DNA of 64,000 bases from Octopus sinensis (taxonomy: Eukaryota), in NCBI RefSeq assembly GCF_006345805.1, contig NC_042998.1, positions 21,638,001 to 21,702,000 on the forward strand. The letters are read 5' to 3'. This document shows, piece by piece, positions 12,928 to 24,966 of the stretch; the stretch's first letter is position 1; every line of letters begins with the position of its first letter. The notes beneath the pieces are model-generated. The model made no database searches, had not been told where the DNA came from, and worked only from the letters and a program-made list of their open reading frames with translations. The position numbers and the translations under genes are program-made.

Positions 12928-12976
<49 letters not shown>

Positions 12977-13037
12977 AACTTAAGTTTATATATATAATAC
13001 CTGTATCGTAACATGAACACTTTCTGCTTATATCCAG

Positions 13038-13425
13038 ACTAGCAGTATCGCCCGGCGTTGCTCGGATTTGTTTCGAACCTTCAGAATTGGAATTTTTGAA
13101 AAGTAAAAATTTTGCATTATGTAGCTTATTATTCTCTTTAAGTGAACATTTTTCTGGCTGAAATACACCGAAAAATGGCGACACAGCAGTCAAAAAATTG
13201 TAAAAATAGGGATTTTCATAGAATAAAAGCACCTTTTTGATGTAAATAAATTTTTGGTGTTAACATGATCCGAATTGAATTCTTTCTTCTACAGAAGGAA
13301 GAGCAACCCTTCCTCTATCATACTCTCAATTTTGGCAGAACTTGCACCGCAGGGTCTCGGAGGAGATAGTGTTAGTTGAAGGCTACCAAACCTGCCATAC
13401 ACAGACAACTTCAGCTTTATATAGA
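13038..13425 (+). mobile_element. Non-autonomous Helentron-like element
   Basis: Same termini and body as 1272-1662. Confidence 0.6.
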
Positions 13426-13826
13426 GAGAGATTACTTAAATATTTCTGATTCGAAACAGCTGTCAGAGATGTTGTCGTATTTTATAATTAATAAATAATT
13501 TTATTAATTACCTCTCCATTATATTCTTTAAATATACAAATATATGAACCACGGTTTATATGGTTACCTTATAATTGAACATTCTATAAATTGGTAAGTA
13601 ACCAGTATTTTCATTGGATTTATGATCACTTAATGGGGTCTATTACCTTTACTAGAATATACATACATGCATACATATAGATATATGTACATATAGATCT
13701 ATATATGTATAAAAATACAAACTGGAACAAGAACGCAAAACATTTAGGAGACGAAACAAAAAAAAAAATATATATATATATATATACATATATACGTATA
13801 TATACGTATTTATATATACATATATA

Positions 13827-13888
<62 letters not shown>

Positions 13889-13921
13889 AACGGTGAAAAG
13901 GAACACACGAGTTGATATATA

Positions 13922-15645
13922 TGAAAAAACAAGTAAAAAATAGAAAATGCTAAAATAATTTTATAGTGAACATTTCAGTACCGGTTTCGGTCATTTTGAG
14001 ACCTTTTCAACTGTAACGATTAAATAATTAAATTTAGAAAAATTAGAAAAAATTTTCTTAAAAGAATATTTCTATAGTAGTGTTCAGATTTAAGTGGCAT
14101 TCTGCCTTTCTCTGACTCCCTTGTTTGCACTTGTGTGTTCGAGGTAGTTGTGAGTTCTTGGTAGGGTAGTAGAGGGAAGGCTGGTGAGGAAAGGGGGGTG
14201 GGAGAATCTGGGAGTGCCCTGATGGTCGTATTTTGAATGGTCAGTGGCGGCTGGCAGTCTCAGTTCAATTCAGGAGAATATTTATATTGACAGGCTTGTT
14301 TATAGAATTAGCGTAGGTGTTATACTTAAAAACATTAGTGACAAACTTAAGGGGTAGGGGTGGAGAAGAAGAAGAAGAAGGAGAAGGAGAAGGAGAAGAT
14401 GACGATGATGGTGATGGTGGTGATGATTATGACGACGATGATGATGATAACGATGATGATGAAGAAGAAGAAGAAGAAGAAGGAGGAGAAGGAGAAGATG
14501 GTGGTGATGATGGTGGCGATGATGATGATGCCGATGATGACGATAACGATGATGATGAAGAAGAAGAGGAAGAAGAAGAAGAAGAAAAAAACAGAGAAGG
14601 GAGAATATGAATGGGTGTAAATATAGCTATGAAGGGGCTGATTAGTAATGGATTCTATGGAGTGTGTAGTTTGTGTGTATATATATTTTTTTCTTTTATT
14701 CTAAAGTTGAGGTATATTAATTGTTTGTCGTAGACCCGTTAAGAAGTGGCTTGTATTTTGTAATAAAGAGATTTTCTTTACTTATTCGTTGTCTCGAGGT
14801 TGTATCGTCCCTAAATTGGTAGAGGGGGAAAATTCTGAAGTTTGGTGTTTTTTTTTTGGCGCAAGTATCTATGTGTTGGCTAAAAGCTATTTTTCTGTTT
14901 TGGGGATTTTTATCTGGGATCTGTGCAGGGCCATTCGTTACGCAAACCATTTTTTGTTTGGCCTATGTACTGCTCTTGACACCCGGAGCAGGTTAGTGAG
15001 TATATTAGGTTCTCTGAAGCACATGTGAAGTTGCTTTTCACTGTAAAACGTTGTCCCTGTTTGAAGGAGAACTCAGAACCCTCGATTAGATAGTCGCATA
15101 TCCCGCAATTGGGTCTTCCACATTTTTTTACTGTCGGCTTCTGTGTTGAAGAGTGAATTCGGGCTTGTGTAAGGAGACTTTTCATGGATCTAGGCTGTCT
15201 TTTGCTTTTTATGATCGTGTGTGTTTGGAGGATTGTGTTCATTCTGTGGTCTTTTTTTAGGAGGGGTATGTTGTGGAGGATGGTGTCGAAGGCTTCGTTA
15301 TTGAGAGGGTTGTGTGTGGAGATGTATGGTAAGGCTTTTGGTTGTAAGTTTTTCTTTGATTTGGGATGTCTCAGTTCCTTGATGTTAAGTTGAAGGGCAC
15401 GTTGAATGCATTTGTCAATAAGTGAAGGTGGATAGTTCCTGGTGATTAGGGTATCTTTTAGTTCTTGTAGTCGTGTGTCTCTGGTGTTTGCGTTAGAGAC
15501 TATAGTGCATATCCTTTTTGCTAGATTGAAGGGGATATTCATCCTGGTGTGTCTGGGGAGGCATGAATTGAATGGAAGATATTGCTTAGAGTCTGTAGGC
15601 TTATAGTATATGTCTGTTTCTATTATATTATTAGCTTTCTTAATG
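13922..15645 (-). mobile_element. Neptune-like PLE, inverted copy (left arm of palindrome), frameshifted
   Basis: Reverse complement of 15760-17506; ORFs 14910-15542 and 14717-14950 are split by 1-nt deletions. Confidence 0.92.
13976..14013 (-). ncRNA. Minimal type I hammerhead (U3/A8)
   Basis: Exact reverse complement of 17414-17451. Confidence 0.8.
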
Positions 15646-15718
15646 GCATTAAAATATAGAAAAACTCATAGAATTCCAGAAAATTTTAAACGGACTGGAC
15701 GTAAACATCCAATTCACG

Positions 15719-16690
15719 ATGGAATATAGCCAACAACAACTCCCCTTCCTCGATATCCTCATTAAGAAAGCTAATAATATAATAGAAACAGACATATACT
15801 ATAAGCCTACAGACTCTAAGCAATATCTTCCATTCAATTCATGCCTCCCCAGACACACCAGGATGAATATCCCCTTCAATCTAGCAAAAAGGATATGCAC
15901 TATAGTCTCTAACGCAAACACCAGAGACACACGACTACAAGAACTAAAAGATACCCTAATCACCAGGAACTATCCACCTTCACTTATTGACAAATGCATT
16001 CAACGTGCCCTTCAACTTAACATCAAGGAACTGAGACATCCCAAATCAAAGAAAAACTTACAACCAAAAGCCTTACCATACACCTCCACACACAACCCTC
16101 TCAATAACGAAGCCTTCGACACCATCCTCCACAACATACCCCTCCTAAAAAAAGACCACAGAATGAACACAATCCTCCAAACACACACGATCATAAAAAG
16201 CAAAAGACAGCCTAGATCCATGAAAAGTCTCCTTACACAAGCCCGAATTCACTCTTCAACACAGAAGCCGACAGTAAAAAAATGTGGAAGACCCAATTGC
16301 GGGATATGCGACTATCTAATCGAGGGTTCTGAGTTCTCCTTCAAACAGGGACAACGTTTTACAGTGAAAAGCAACTTCACATGTGCTTCGGAGAACCTAA
16401 TATACTCACTAACCTGCTCCGGGTGTCAAGAGCAGTACATAGGCCAAACAAAAAATGGTTTGCGTAAACGAATGGCCCTGCACAGATCCCAGATAAAAAT
16501 TCCCCAAAACAGAAAAATAGCTTTTAGCCAACACATAGATACTTGCGCCAACAAAAAAACACCAAACTTCAGAATTTTCCCCCTCTACCAATTTAGGGAC
16601 GATACAACCTCGAGACAACGAATAAGTAAAGAAAATCTCTTTATTACAAAATACAAGCCACTTCTTAACGGGTCTACGACAAACAATTAA
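15719..16690 (+). CDS. PLE RT thumb plus GIY-YIG endonuclease, uninterrupted 323-aa reading frame (N-terminally truncated)
   Basis: ORF track translation; motifs as above. Confidence 0.85.
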   Translation: MEYSQQQLPFLDILIKKANNIIETDIYYKPTDSKQYLPFNSCLPRHTRMNIPFNLAKRICTIVSNANTRDTRLQELKDTLITRNYPPSLIDKCIQRALQLNIKELRHPKSKKNLQPKALPYTSTHNPLNNEAFDTILHNIPLLKKDHRMNTILQTHTIIKSKRQPRSMKSLLTQARIHSSTQKPTVKKCGRPNCGICDYLIEGSEFSFKQGQRFTVKSNFTCASENLIYSLTCSGCQEQYIGQTKNGLRKRMALHRSQIKIPQNRKIAFSQHIDTCANKKTPNFRIFPLYQFRDDTTSRQRISKENLFITKYKPLLNGSTTNN

Positions 16691-17413
16691 TATACCTCAA
16701 CTTTAGAATAAAAGAAAAAAATATATATACACACCAATACTACACTCCATAGAATCCATTACTAATCAGCCCCTTCATAGCTATATTTGCACCCATTCAT
16801 ATTCTCCCTTCTCTGTTTTTTTCTTCTTCTTCTTCCTCTTCTTCTTCATCATCATCGTTATCATCATCATCGGCATCATCATCATCGCCACCATCATCAC
16901 CACCATCTTCTCCTTCCCTCCTTCTTCTTCTTCTTCTTCTCTTCATCATCATCGTTATCATCATCATCGTCGTCATAATCATCACCACCATCACCATCAT
17001 CGTCATCTTCTCCTTCTCCTTCTCCTTCTTCTTCTTCTTCTTCTTCTCCTTCTTCTTCTTCTTCTCACCCCCTACCCCTTAAGTTTGTCACTAATGTTTT
17101 TTAGTATAACACCTACGCTAATTCTATAAACAAGCCTGTCAATATAAATATTCTCCTGAATTGAACTGAGACTGCCAGCCGCCACTGACCATTCAAAATA
17201 CGACCATCAGGGCACTCCCGATTCTCCCACCCCCCTTTCCTCACCAGCCTTCCCTCTACTACCCTACCAAGAACTCACAACTACCTCGAACACACAAGTG
17301 CAAACAAGGGAGTCAGAGAAGGCAGAATGCCACTTAAATCTGAACACTACTATAGAAATATTCTTTTAAAAAACTTTCTTCTAATTTTTCTAAATTTAAT
17401 TATTTAATCGTTA

Positions 17414-17451
17414 CAGTTGAAAAGGTCTCAAAATGACCGAAACCGGTACTG
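17414..17451 (+). ncRNA. Minimal type I hammerhead (U3/A8, CCGG stem III, GUA cleavage site)
   Basis: CAG-TTGAAAA-GGTC-tcaaaat-GACC-GAAA-CCGG-TA-CTG. Confidence 0.8.
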
Positions 17452-17530
17452 AAATGTTCACTATAAAATTATTTTAGCATTTTCTATTTTTTACTTGTTT
17501 TTTTCATATATATATATATATATATATATA

Positions 17531-19505
17531 TTGCGATGGTATTGCGATGGGTACCAAGGCTGCGCCAGTCCTTGCGAACCTCATAATGGGTTTCTTCGAA
17601 CTATCACTCTATGAAATATCAAGCCAGAAATTTGGACATGTTTTCCACACCTACCTAATGGAAAACTGGAAAAGGTATTTGGATGATTGTTTCATCATAT
17701 GGAAAGAACCTTATGAAAAACTCCTTGAATTCAAAACCATACTAAATAACATACATCCCAACATCCAATTCACTATGGAATAAGCAAACATCATCTCCCA
17801 TTCCTTGATCTCCTAATTATAAAAACACCTAAGAACCAAATCATAACAGACATCTACCACAAACCTACAGACTCACAACAATACCTCCTCTTTAGTTTAT
17901 GCCACCCAAAACACACCAAGACAAATATCCCTTTCAATTTAGCTAAAAGGGTATGCACCATTGTCTCGGATCCAAAAACACGAGAAATACGCCTTCAAGT
18001 CCTTAAAAAACACTATTACAACGTCAATATCCCTCCACCCTTATAGAGTATGGGATAAAACGCGCCAAAGAACTAGATAACACTACACTGAAAACCACCC
18101 AACCTAACACCACACACAACCTCAAAATACTTCCATACATTTCTACCCACAACCCCAAAAATATCGAAGCATACACCACAATCATACAAAACCTCAGTCT
18201 ACTGTCAACAGACCCAAAAATGAAAAACATTATAAATACACACAAAATCCTCAAATGTAAAAGGCAACACAAATCTTTAAAAAAACTCTTGACAAATGCC
18301 AAACTTCACACACCACATCCACCCCCAACATTAAAAAAATGTGCACGCCCAAACTGTGGCACCTGCCCCTTCCTACTTCAAGGCTCTGAATTTACCTTCA
18401 AACAAGGTACGAAGTTTAAAATCAAGACTAACTTCTCCTGTTCCTTCGAGAACCTTATCTACGTTCTCACATGCGCTGGTTGCCAACATAATTATGTTGG
18501 CCAAACGAGTCTCCCGTTACGTAAACGAGTAGCGGTGCATAAAGAACAAATAAATCTCCCGGAATACCGACAAATTCCACTGAGTGACCACATAGACTCA
18601 TGCGCTAAAGACTTAAACCCCAAATTCTATATATTCCCCTTCTACCAATGTAAAGACGGGATCACCACACAGGAGAGAATTAACAAGGAGAATCTCTTTA
18701 TTGAAAAATTCCAAACACAACTTAATATGCAAACTCCTCGTTGATCAAACTTCCTTTTTCTACCTCATTCTTCATGGATGGACTAACACAAATATATAAG
18801 GATACCATGCATTCATCACTTCAAGCTAAAACTTATATTCTTTAAATATCATTTTTACTATTGTTGTTATTACTATCATTTTTATTATATATGATATAAC
18901 AATCTGAAATGCAATTGTCTATGCAAATTTATATAATTAGAAAATAATATAAATAAAGTGTTAAAATCTGAAAGTTAAGTTAACAAACAATTATATAAAA
19001 AAGATAATGCAAATGAAGCTAAAATGATAATTTTATAATTTGGGGTTATCAACAGCCTTTATTGAAGAACTCAAAAGAGTTGTCTCCCCTTATTCACAAC
19101 ACAGGAACTGAAGAACCACAATTACTACTACTTCGTCTGCCAAGCCAATCCTTAATTAAACCAAACAACACATGCTCTTAATCCCATTGGATCCTAAAAC
19201 ATCAAGGTAATTTTTTCGTGAACAATCATTAAACTCAAGATACACAACGAACTCACAATGTATCGGAGTACTTATTTTTTAATTTTTGTACATATTTATT
19301 ATTATTCTTTTGCAAAAAACAATGCAATTTTCTTTTTTCCCCTTTCTAATTTTTAAAAAACTTTTTAACCTAAATATTTTTGACAAGTCATACAATGACA
19401 AAAAGCGCTTTGAATAAATATATATTTATATATTTTATCAATTTCTCATTTCATTAAAATTTTCTTTCATTTGAGCATTCTGCATTTTTACAATTTTTCC
19501 TTGCT
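17531..19505 (+). mobile_element. Second Neptune-like PLE (different family), 5'-truncated, two frameshifts
   Basis: GIAMGTKAAP, WKRYLDDCF (RT catalytic motif), CARPNCGTC, YVGQT; hammerhead at 19375; (TA)n at both ends. Confidence 0.92.
19375..19416 (+). ncRNA. Minimal hammerhead variant (U3/A8/A12, AGCGCT stem III)
   Basis: TATTT-TTGACAA-GTCA-tacaa-TGAC-AAAA-AGCGCT-TT-GAATA. Confidence 0.65.
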
Positions 19506-19508
19506 ATA

Positions 19509-19563
<55 letters not shown>

Positions 19564-19570
19564 TATATAC

Positions 19571-19633
<63 letters not shown>

Positions 19634-19649
19634 ATATATATAATATTTT

Positions 19650-22525
19650 TTTTTTGTAGTTTCAGCTCAGAGCTGCGGCCATGCTGATGCAGCGCTGTTT
19701 TGTGCTACACTGTTATTATTGCGACGAACCTCGTCTAATATGTGGCACTTGGTGAAGAATGGAGTTTGATACAGCTACTCTCATTTGCACCTCTTGGCCG
19801 TGAGGTAGGTTTTCTGGGACTCTTGACAGAAGATGTCCAGTTTTGATTTAAAAACCGCTACATCTACTTTGTGCAAGTTCCTCAGACTCTTTGGCAGAAT
19901 TTAAAAAGCTGTGGGCCCTTGAAACCCAGGCTGTTGCAGAAGCTGGTCCTGAAGCGTGATGGCATTGCTGGGATCTTTGGCACTATGCAGTGTCGTCCCG
20001 TTCTAGCATTGGTGTAGCTTACAATGCCAAAATTTGGCACAATTCCTTCCAGGATCTTCCAGACATATATTACTGCATACCTCTCCCGTCTTCTCTCCAG
20101 GGAGTAGAGTCTTAGCTGTTTCAACCTTTCCCAGTAGCTGAGCTGTTGCAAAGAGACGATCTTCTTCGTGAATCTTCTCTGGATTTCTTCAAGGTCTGCT
20201 ATTAATTTTACACTGGTGGGTGACCATAGCTGTGAGCAGTAATCCAGGCGACTGGGGACGAATGTTCGCCAGAGGACCATCATGGTTTCCTTATCTCTGG
20301 TTCTGAATGTTCTTAGGATCCACCCAGCCAGTCGTCTGCACTTTGCCGCCATCCTGGTAATGTGCACTTGGAAAGAGGTATCATCACTCATGTCGATACC
20401 CAGGTCCCTCCCTGACTTAGGCTCTGGGATTGAAATTCCCTGTGGACCGGTGTATCCTGTAAGTTTAATATTCAGTTTTGGATGCTGGTAGCGCAGGGCC
20501 TGGAATTTTTCAGCATTAAACTGCATATTATTATCCTCAGCCCATCTGTAGATTGAGTCCAACTCCTGCTGCAGGTGTGCAACATCGCTGGGGTTCTGTA
20601 TTTTCTGCGAGACTTTCGTATCGTCTGCATAGCTGGCCAGAGTAGCTATCCGGGCATTGAGGGCATATCTGAGAGGGCCACTATAAAAAGCAGTGGTCCC
20701 AAGACAGTGCCCTGTGGAACACCGCTCACTATTTGTGTGTTCATATAGGTGGCTCCATTAACCACTACTGCCTGACTCCTATCTTTCAGGAAGTCATGCA
20801 ACCACACTCCAAGTTTTCCAGCTATACCGAGGTCACGTCGTTTGTGGCATATCATACCATGATCCACCTTGTCAAAAGCTTTTGCAAAATCAAGGTGTAG
20901 ATTACGTCCACATTTGATTTGTGAGTAACTGCCTCAACACACAGTCATAATGCTGTAAGAGGGGGTCAGGCAGCTCCTACCTGGTCGAAAACCATGCTGG
21001 GTATTACTCAGCAAGTTATTTTCCTCAAGGAATGCGATTAGTTTCTTTCTGACTATCCTTTCCATGCCTTTGCTGATGTGTGAAGTCAGAGAGATAGGCC
21101 TATAGTTTTTGGCATCTGCTCTACTTCCCCCTTTATGTATTGGGCATATTATTCCCTCCTTCAGCTTGCTTGGCAGTTGGCCATTCGCAAGAAAGCTCTG
21201 GGAGAGAATCTTGAGGGGTTTTGCCAGGGCATGCTTACACGCTTTGAGGAGGAGGATGCTGGGAAACCGTCTGGACCAGCAGATGAGTTTGTGTCCACTT
21301 CATCTAAGGCTAGTAGGACATCTTTTTCGCTAATGTCAATACATTCTATTTAACCGCTCGCTGTGGTTATAGGTGAGGCGGCAAAGAAGTCCACTGGTTC
21401 GTTCACTTGTCTGTGTTCCAACGGGGGGTGGTAAAGACACTTTTGGACTGGTCATTCAGCATCTCACTGATCATAGTTGGACTGTCTGTGAGGGAGCCAT
21501 CCTTTTGGAGGAGGCGTCCTATCTTGTAGCGCACTGAGACTGTTTCTTTGACGTAATGAAAGAAGGCCTTTGGGTTTGATTTAATGTTTTTTATAACCCA
21601 AGCTTCTTTGCTTTTTCCTTCACATAGGATTGTTGCAGCCTCTTTTCGATCTCCATCAGTGTTGTTTTTAGGCGGGACGTTTCGCAACTTTTGGGATGTT
21701 GGTTGAGACGATTTGCAACCTTCGTCCGTTGTCTCATGGGGATCTTCCTGTCTCTTGGAATCTTGCTCCTATTTGTTTTGGCCTTGTGCTCTGGGACATA
21801 TTTCTGGCATACGGCTTGCACAGAAGACATGAAACATTCTAGTTTCATGTCAATGTCTGGTGTGGAGAGACATTCCGGCCAGTCCTCTCTGAGGATCTCT
21901 TTTTGGATCGATTTCCAATCTGCTTTGTGGAAGTTCAGATTGGAGAGATTTCGGGTGCTTCCTTTAGGCTGTATGTCTCTGGTTACTTTTGGCCCAAACA
22001 TTGACAGCTCTATTATGTTGTGATCCGAAACTGATGTCGGTGTCACTTTCACATCATGAATGATGTCCATATTGTTCGTGAAGCAGAGATTCAGAACTTT
22101 ATTCGCCCTAGTTGGCTTGAGTACAAATTGCTCCATGAATAAGGCATTGGTGAGGTTGAGGAGGGACTCCACCTGTACTTGCTTGCAATGATTCATTCCT
22201 GAGAGTATGTGACCTTCGGGCCATTTGACGTTGGGGAAGTTGAAATCACCCATAAGAAATATGGTCACGTGGTGTTCCAGATTCATGAGGATTTCTTTAA
22301 TTCTTGTGAGGCAATCTTCAAACTTGCCTATGTGATTTGGGGCATCCGGTGGGCAATATGTATTGCATATGACTATATTATGTTGTCTTATGATACAATT
22401 AAGGTGTCACATACCGAATTTGAGTATGTCATCAAGACCTGGGGGTGTGAGGTCATCTCGGATGTATACAGCAACTCCACCATGCTCCTTTCCCTTCTGT
22501 CTGTTCGCAGTATGGCATAGTTTGG
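19650..22525 (-). mobile_element. CR1/L2-type LINE ORF2 (APE plus RT), decayed
   Basis: MGDFNFPNVKW (APE), DFAKAFDKVDH, SGVPQGTVLGPLLF, YADDT, RLDYCSQLWSP, LYSLERRRERY. Confidence 0.92.
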
Positions 22526-22564
22526 TATGTGTACTTCTGCGTATATATATATATATATATATAC

Positions 22565-22659
<95 letters not shown>

Positions 22660-22929
22660 CAAGTGGGACAATTAGAACTTCAATTTTAAAGATCAAACAG
22701 TTCATGTCCACATTTCCATAGATCAGACGAAATTTTTGAAGCAATTTTTCTAGAACCGGATACCTGTCATCAACTCTCGTTGGTTTCCAAGGTAATATTT
22801 CCTTATTGTCAGACACAGTTATCATGGACTGAAAGCAATCAACATCGCTCATATGTAACAGATGCTAATTTAGAACCATCACTAATATCAAGGCAAGTGT
22901 ATACACAAAAATTTCACAGGCAATACAAA

Positions 22930-23915
22930 ATAAACAAAAGTTTCACAAGCAATACAGAACCCTGAAGACATTATTCACCTGCAATGTGAGCTGGACAAAA
23001 TATACAAGTGGGCTGAAAGGAATAGCATGCAGTTCAATGCTGAAAAGTTTCAAGCTTTATGCTATCAGCATGCAAAACTAAATGCAATACCCAATGAATA
23101 CACTGGTCCCGCAGGGATTGCAATCCCAGAGGCACAATCAGTGCGTGACCTGGGTATTTACATGAGTGATGACGCAACCTTTCATGTACATGTTGCTAAA
23201 TTGGCAATGAAATGTAGACGACTGGCCGGATAGATTCTTAGAGCCTTTAGAACAAGAGAACAAGAAAACATGATGGTCCTCTGGAGGACACTTGTCCCAA
23301 GCCACTTTGACTATTGCTCTCAGCTATGGTCACCATCCAGTGTCAAGTTGATCACAGAACTTGAGGCGATCCAACGAAGCTACACGAAGAAGATAGCCTC
23401 TGTGCAGCATATGAGCTACTGGGAAAGACTCAAGAGATTAAAACTCTATTCTTTGGAGCGTAGGCGAGAAAGATATGCCAAAATATACATCTGGAAGATC
23501 CTGGAAGGACTTGTCCCAAACTTTGGCATCGAGAGTTACACAAATACCAGAACTGGGCGTCACTGCGTAGTGCCAAGGACTCCAAATTTGCCATCAAGAT
23601 GTAGGACAAGATACTGTGATAGCCTGGGCTTCAGAGGCCCACAGCTCTTCAATATCCTCCCGAGGAACCTGAGGGACTTGCATGGGGTGGATGCAGATGT
23701 CTTTAAACTAGGACTGGATCTCTTCCTGTCAGGTGTCCCGGATGAACCAACTTCACGGCAGGAGGTGCAGATGAGGGCAGCTGCATCAAACTCTCTCATG
23801 CACCAAATGGCAGTTGCTAAAAAGCATTCGTGAAGTAAAATCATGTAGCAACAACAAATGGCGGTGCCCCAGCATGGCCACAGCTCGTGAGCTGAAACTA
23901 GATAAAATACAAATA
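22930..23915 (+). mobile_element. CR1/L2-type LINE 3' part, related subfamily
   Basis: MQFNAEKFQAL, FDYCSQLWSP, LYSLERRRERY; 3' tail GGCGGTGCCCCAGCATGGCCACAG...CTGAAAC. Confidence 0.9.
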
Positions 23916-23959
23916 AATTTTAAAAATATATATATGTATATATATATATATATATATAG

Positions 23960-24007
<48 letters not shown>

Positions 24008-24030
24008 TACGTATATATAATTATACGTAT

Positions 24031-24088
<58 letters not shown>

Positions 24089-24225
24089 AATATATATATA
24101 TATAATATATATATAACAGACACTCGCTCTGACGAAAATATGCCTTAGTAAAAAAGGAAAAAAATTCTTTCGTGCAAATCTGACCCTGATACATACGATA
24201 CAGCTAAGGGTCAGACCCGATTCTG

Positions 24226-24664
24226 ATTGGTCAAGTTGATGACGTCTAGCTCTGCTAGAATGGACAGGATACAAACAGGGGACAGTCATTAGTCAGAATA
24301 ATGATGACGTCCTTTCTGCTTGACTAGTCACTAACAAGTACAGACAGGGGGGCAGATCTAATGTAGCTATAAGTCGTGATTGGGCAGAATCTGGATGACG
24401 TCCCGTTCTGCTTGACTAACGAAGCGACTGGTCAAACAGGAGGAAACAAACAAGAGGCAGTTATAATGCAGCGATTGGTCAAAATGATGATGACGTCCCG
24501 TTCTGCTTGACTAAGCCACCTAACGAAACGATTGGTCAAAACGTTGACGTCACGCTACGCGGGATTGACCACCTAACAGGCATTATAAAACCGAGCGTTT
24601 CACACAAAACTCACTAGAACCACCCAGCGAACATCCACCATGGGTCATCACAATTGCTTAAGGT
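24226..24664 (+). promoter_or_regulatory. Five CCAAT(ATTGG)-CRE(TGACGTC) modules, TATA, Inr-like site, Kozak ATG and splice donor
   Basis: TGACGTC at 24240, 24305, 24396, 24491, 24545; TATAAAA 24584-24590; TCACT 24611-24615; CCACCATGG with ATG at 24640; AG|GT at 24663. Confidence 0.7.
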
Positions 24665-24925
24665 AAAATGAATTCCTCGCTCTTTCGGAAACATCAATCT
24701 TCTGTATTGACCGCTTTCCACCACTTTGATCTGTTTTTTGTATTGAATACGTATCGCCACCGTGGGCCACTGCATCGAACACTTTGAACATATACTTCAA
24801 AATATATTCAACTATACATGAACTATATATCAACATACATGAACTCTAAGATGTCTGACTCCGTTGTGTATATAAATGAATTTCTTGTGTTTGACGGCAT
24901 GAGCTGTCTTTTTTTATATATAACT

Positions 24926-24966
24926 TTTTTTGATAGGTTCATTTCAGGAACTGAAACATGTTATAA
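24926..24966 (+). ncRNA. Degenerate minimal hammerhead (CATG stem III)
   Basis: TTGATA-GGTTC-atttcag-GAACT-GAAA-CATG-TT-ataa; A9 missing and stem I weak. Confidence 0.45.

Larger units (their letters stand above)
9964..12932 (+). mobile_element. Neptune-like PLE, 3' part (GIY-YIG C-terminus, microsatellite-filled 3' UTR, hammerhead, tail)
   Basis: [17 protein letters not shown]...PVARHF...H...[15 protein letters not shown] to the stop at 10200; hammerhead at 12795-12829; (TA)n at both ends. Continuity across the repeats is inferred. Confidence 0.7.
15655..17506 (+). mobile_element. Neptune-like PLE, 5'-truncated (right arm of palindrome)
   Basis: RT thumb (LPFLD, DIYYKPTD), CGRPNCGIC linker, GIY-YIG (NLIY..TCSGC...YIGQT...R...H...E...N); 3' UTR with (CAT)/(CTT) repeats and a hammerhead; ends at (TA)n. 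Confidence 0.93.

Noticed and set aside
14317-14620. Acidic D/E-rich ORF
   Set aside because: Antisense reading of (CAT)/(CTT) repeats in the PLE 3' UTR; mirrored at 16787-17006.
22655-22930. 65-aa minus-strand ORF beside the CR1-type LINE
   Set aside because: No motif or splice context I can support.
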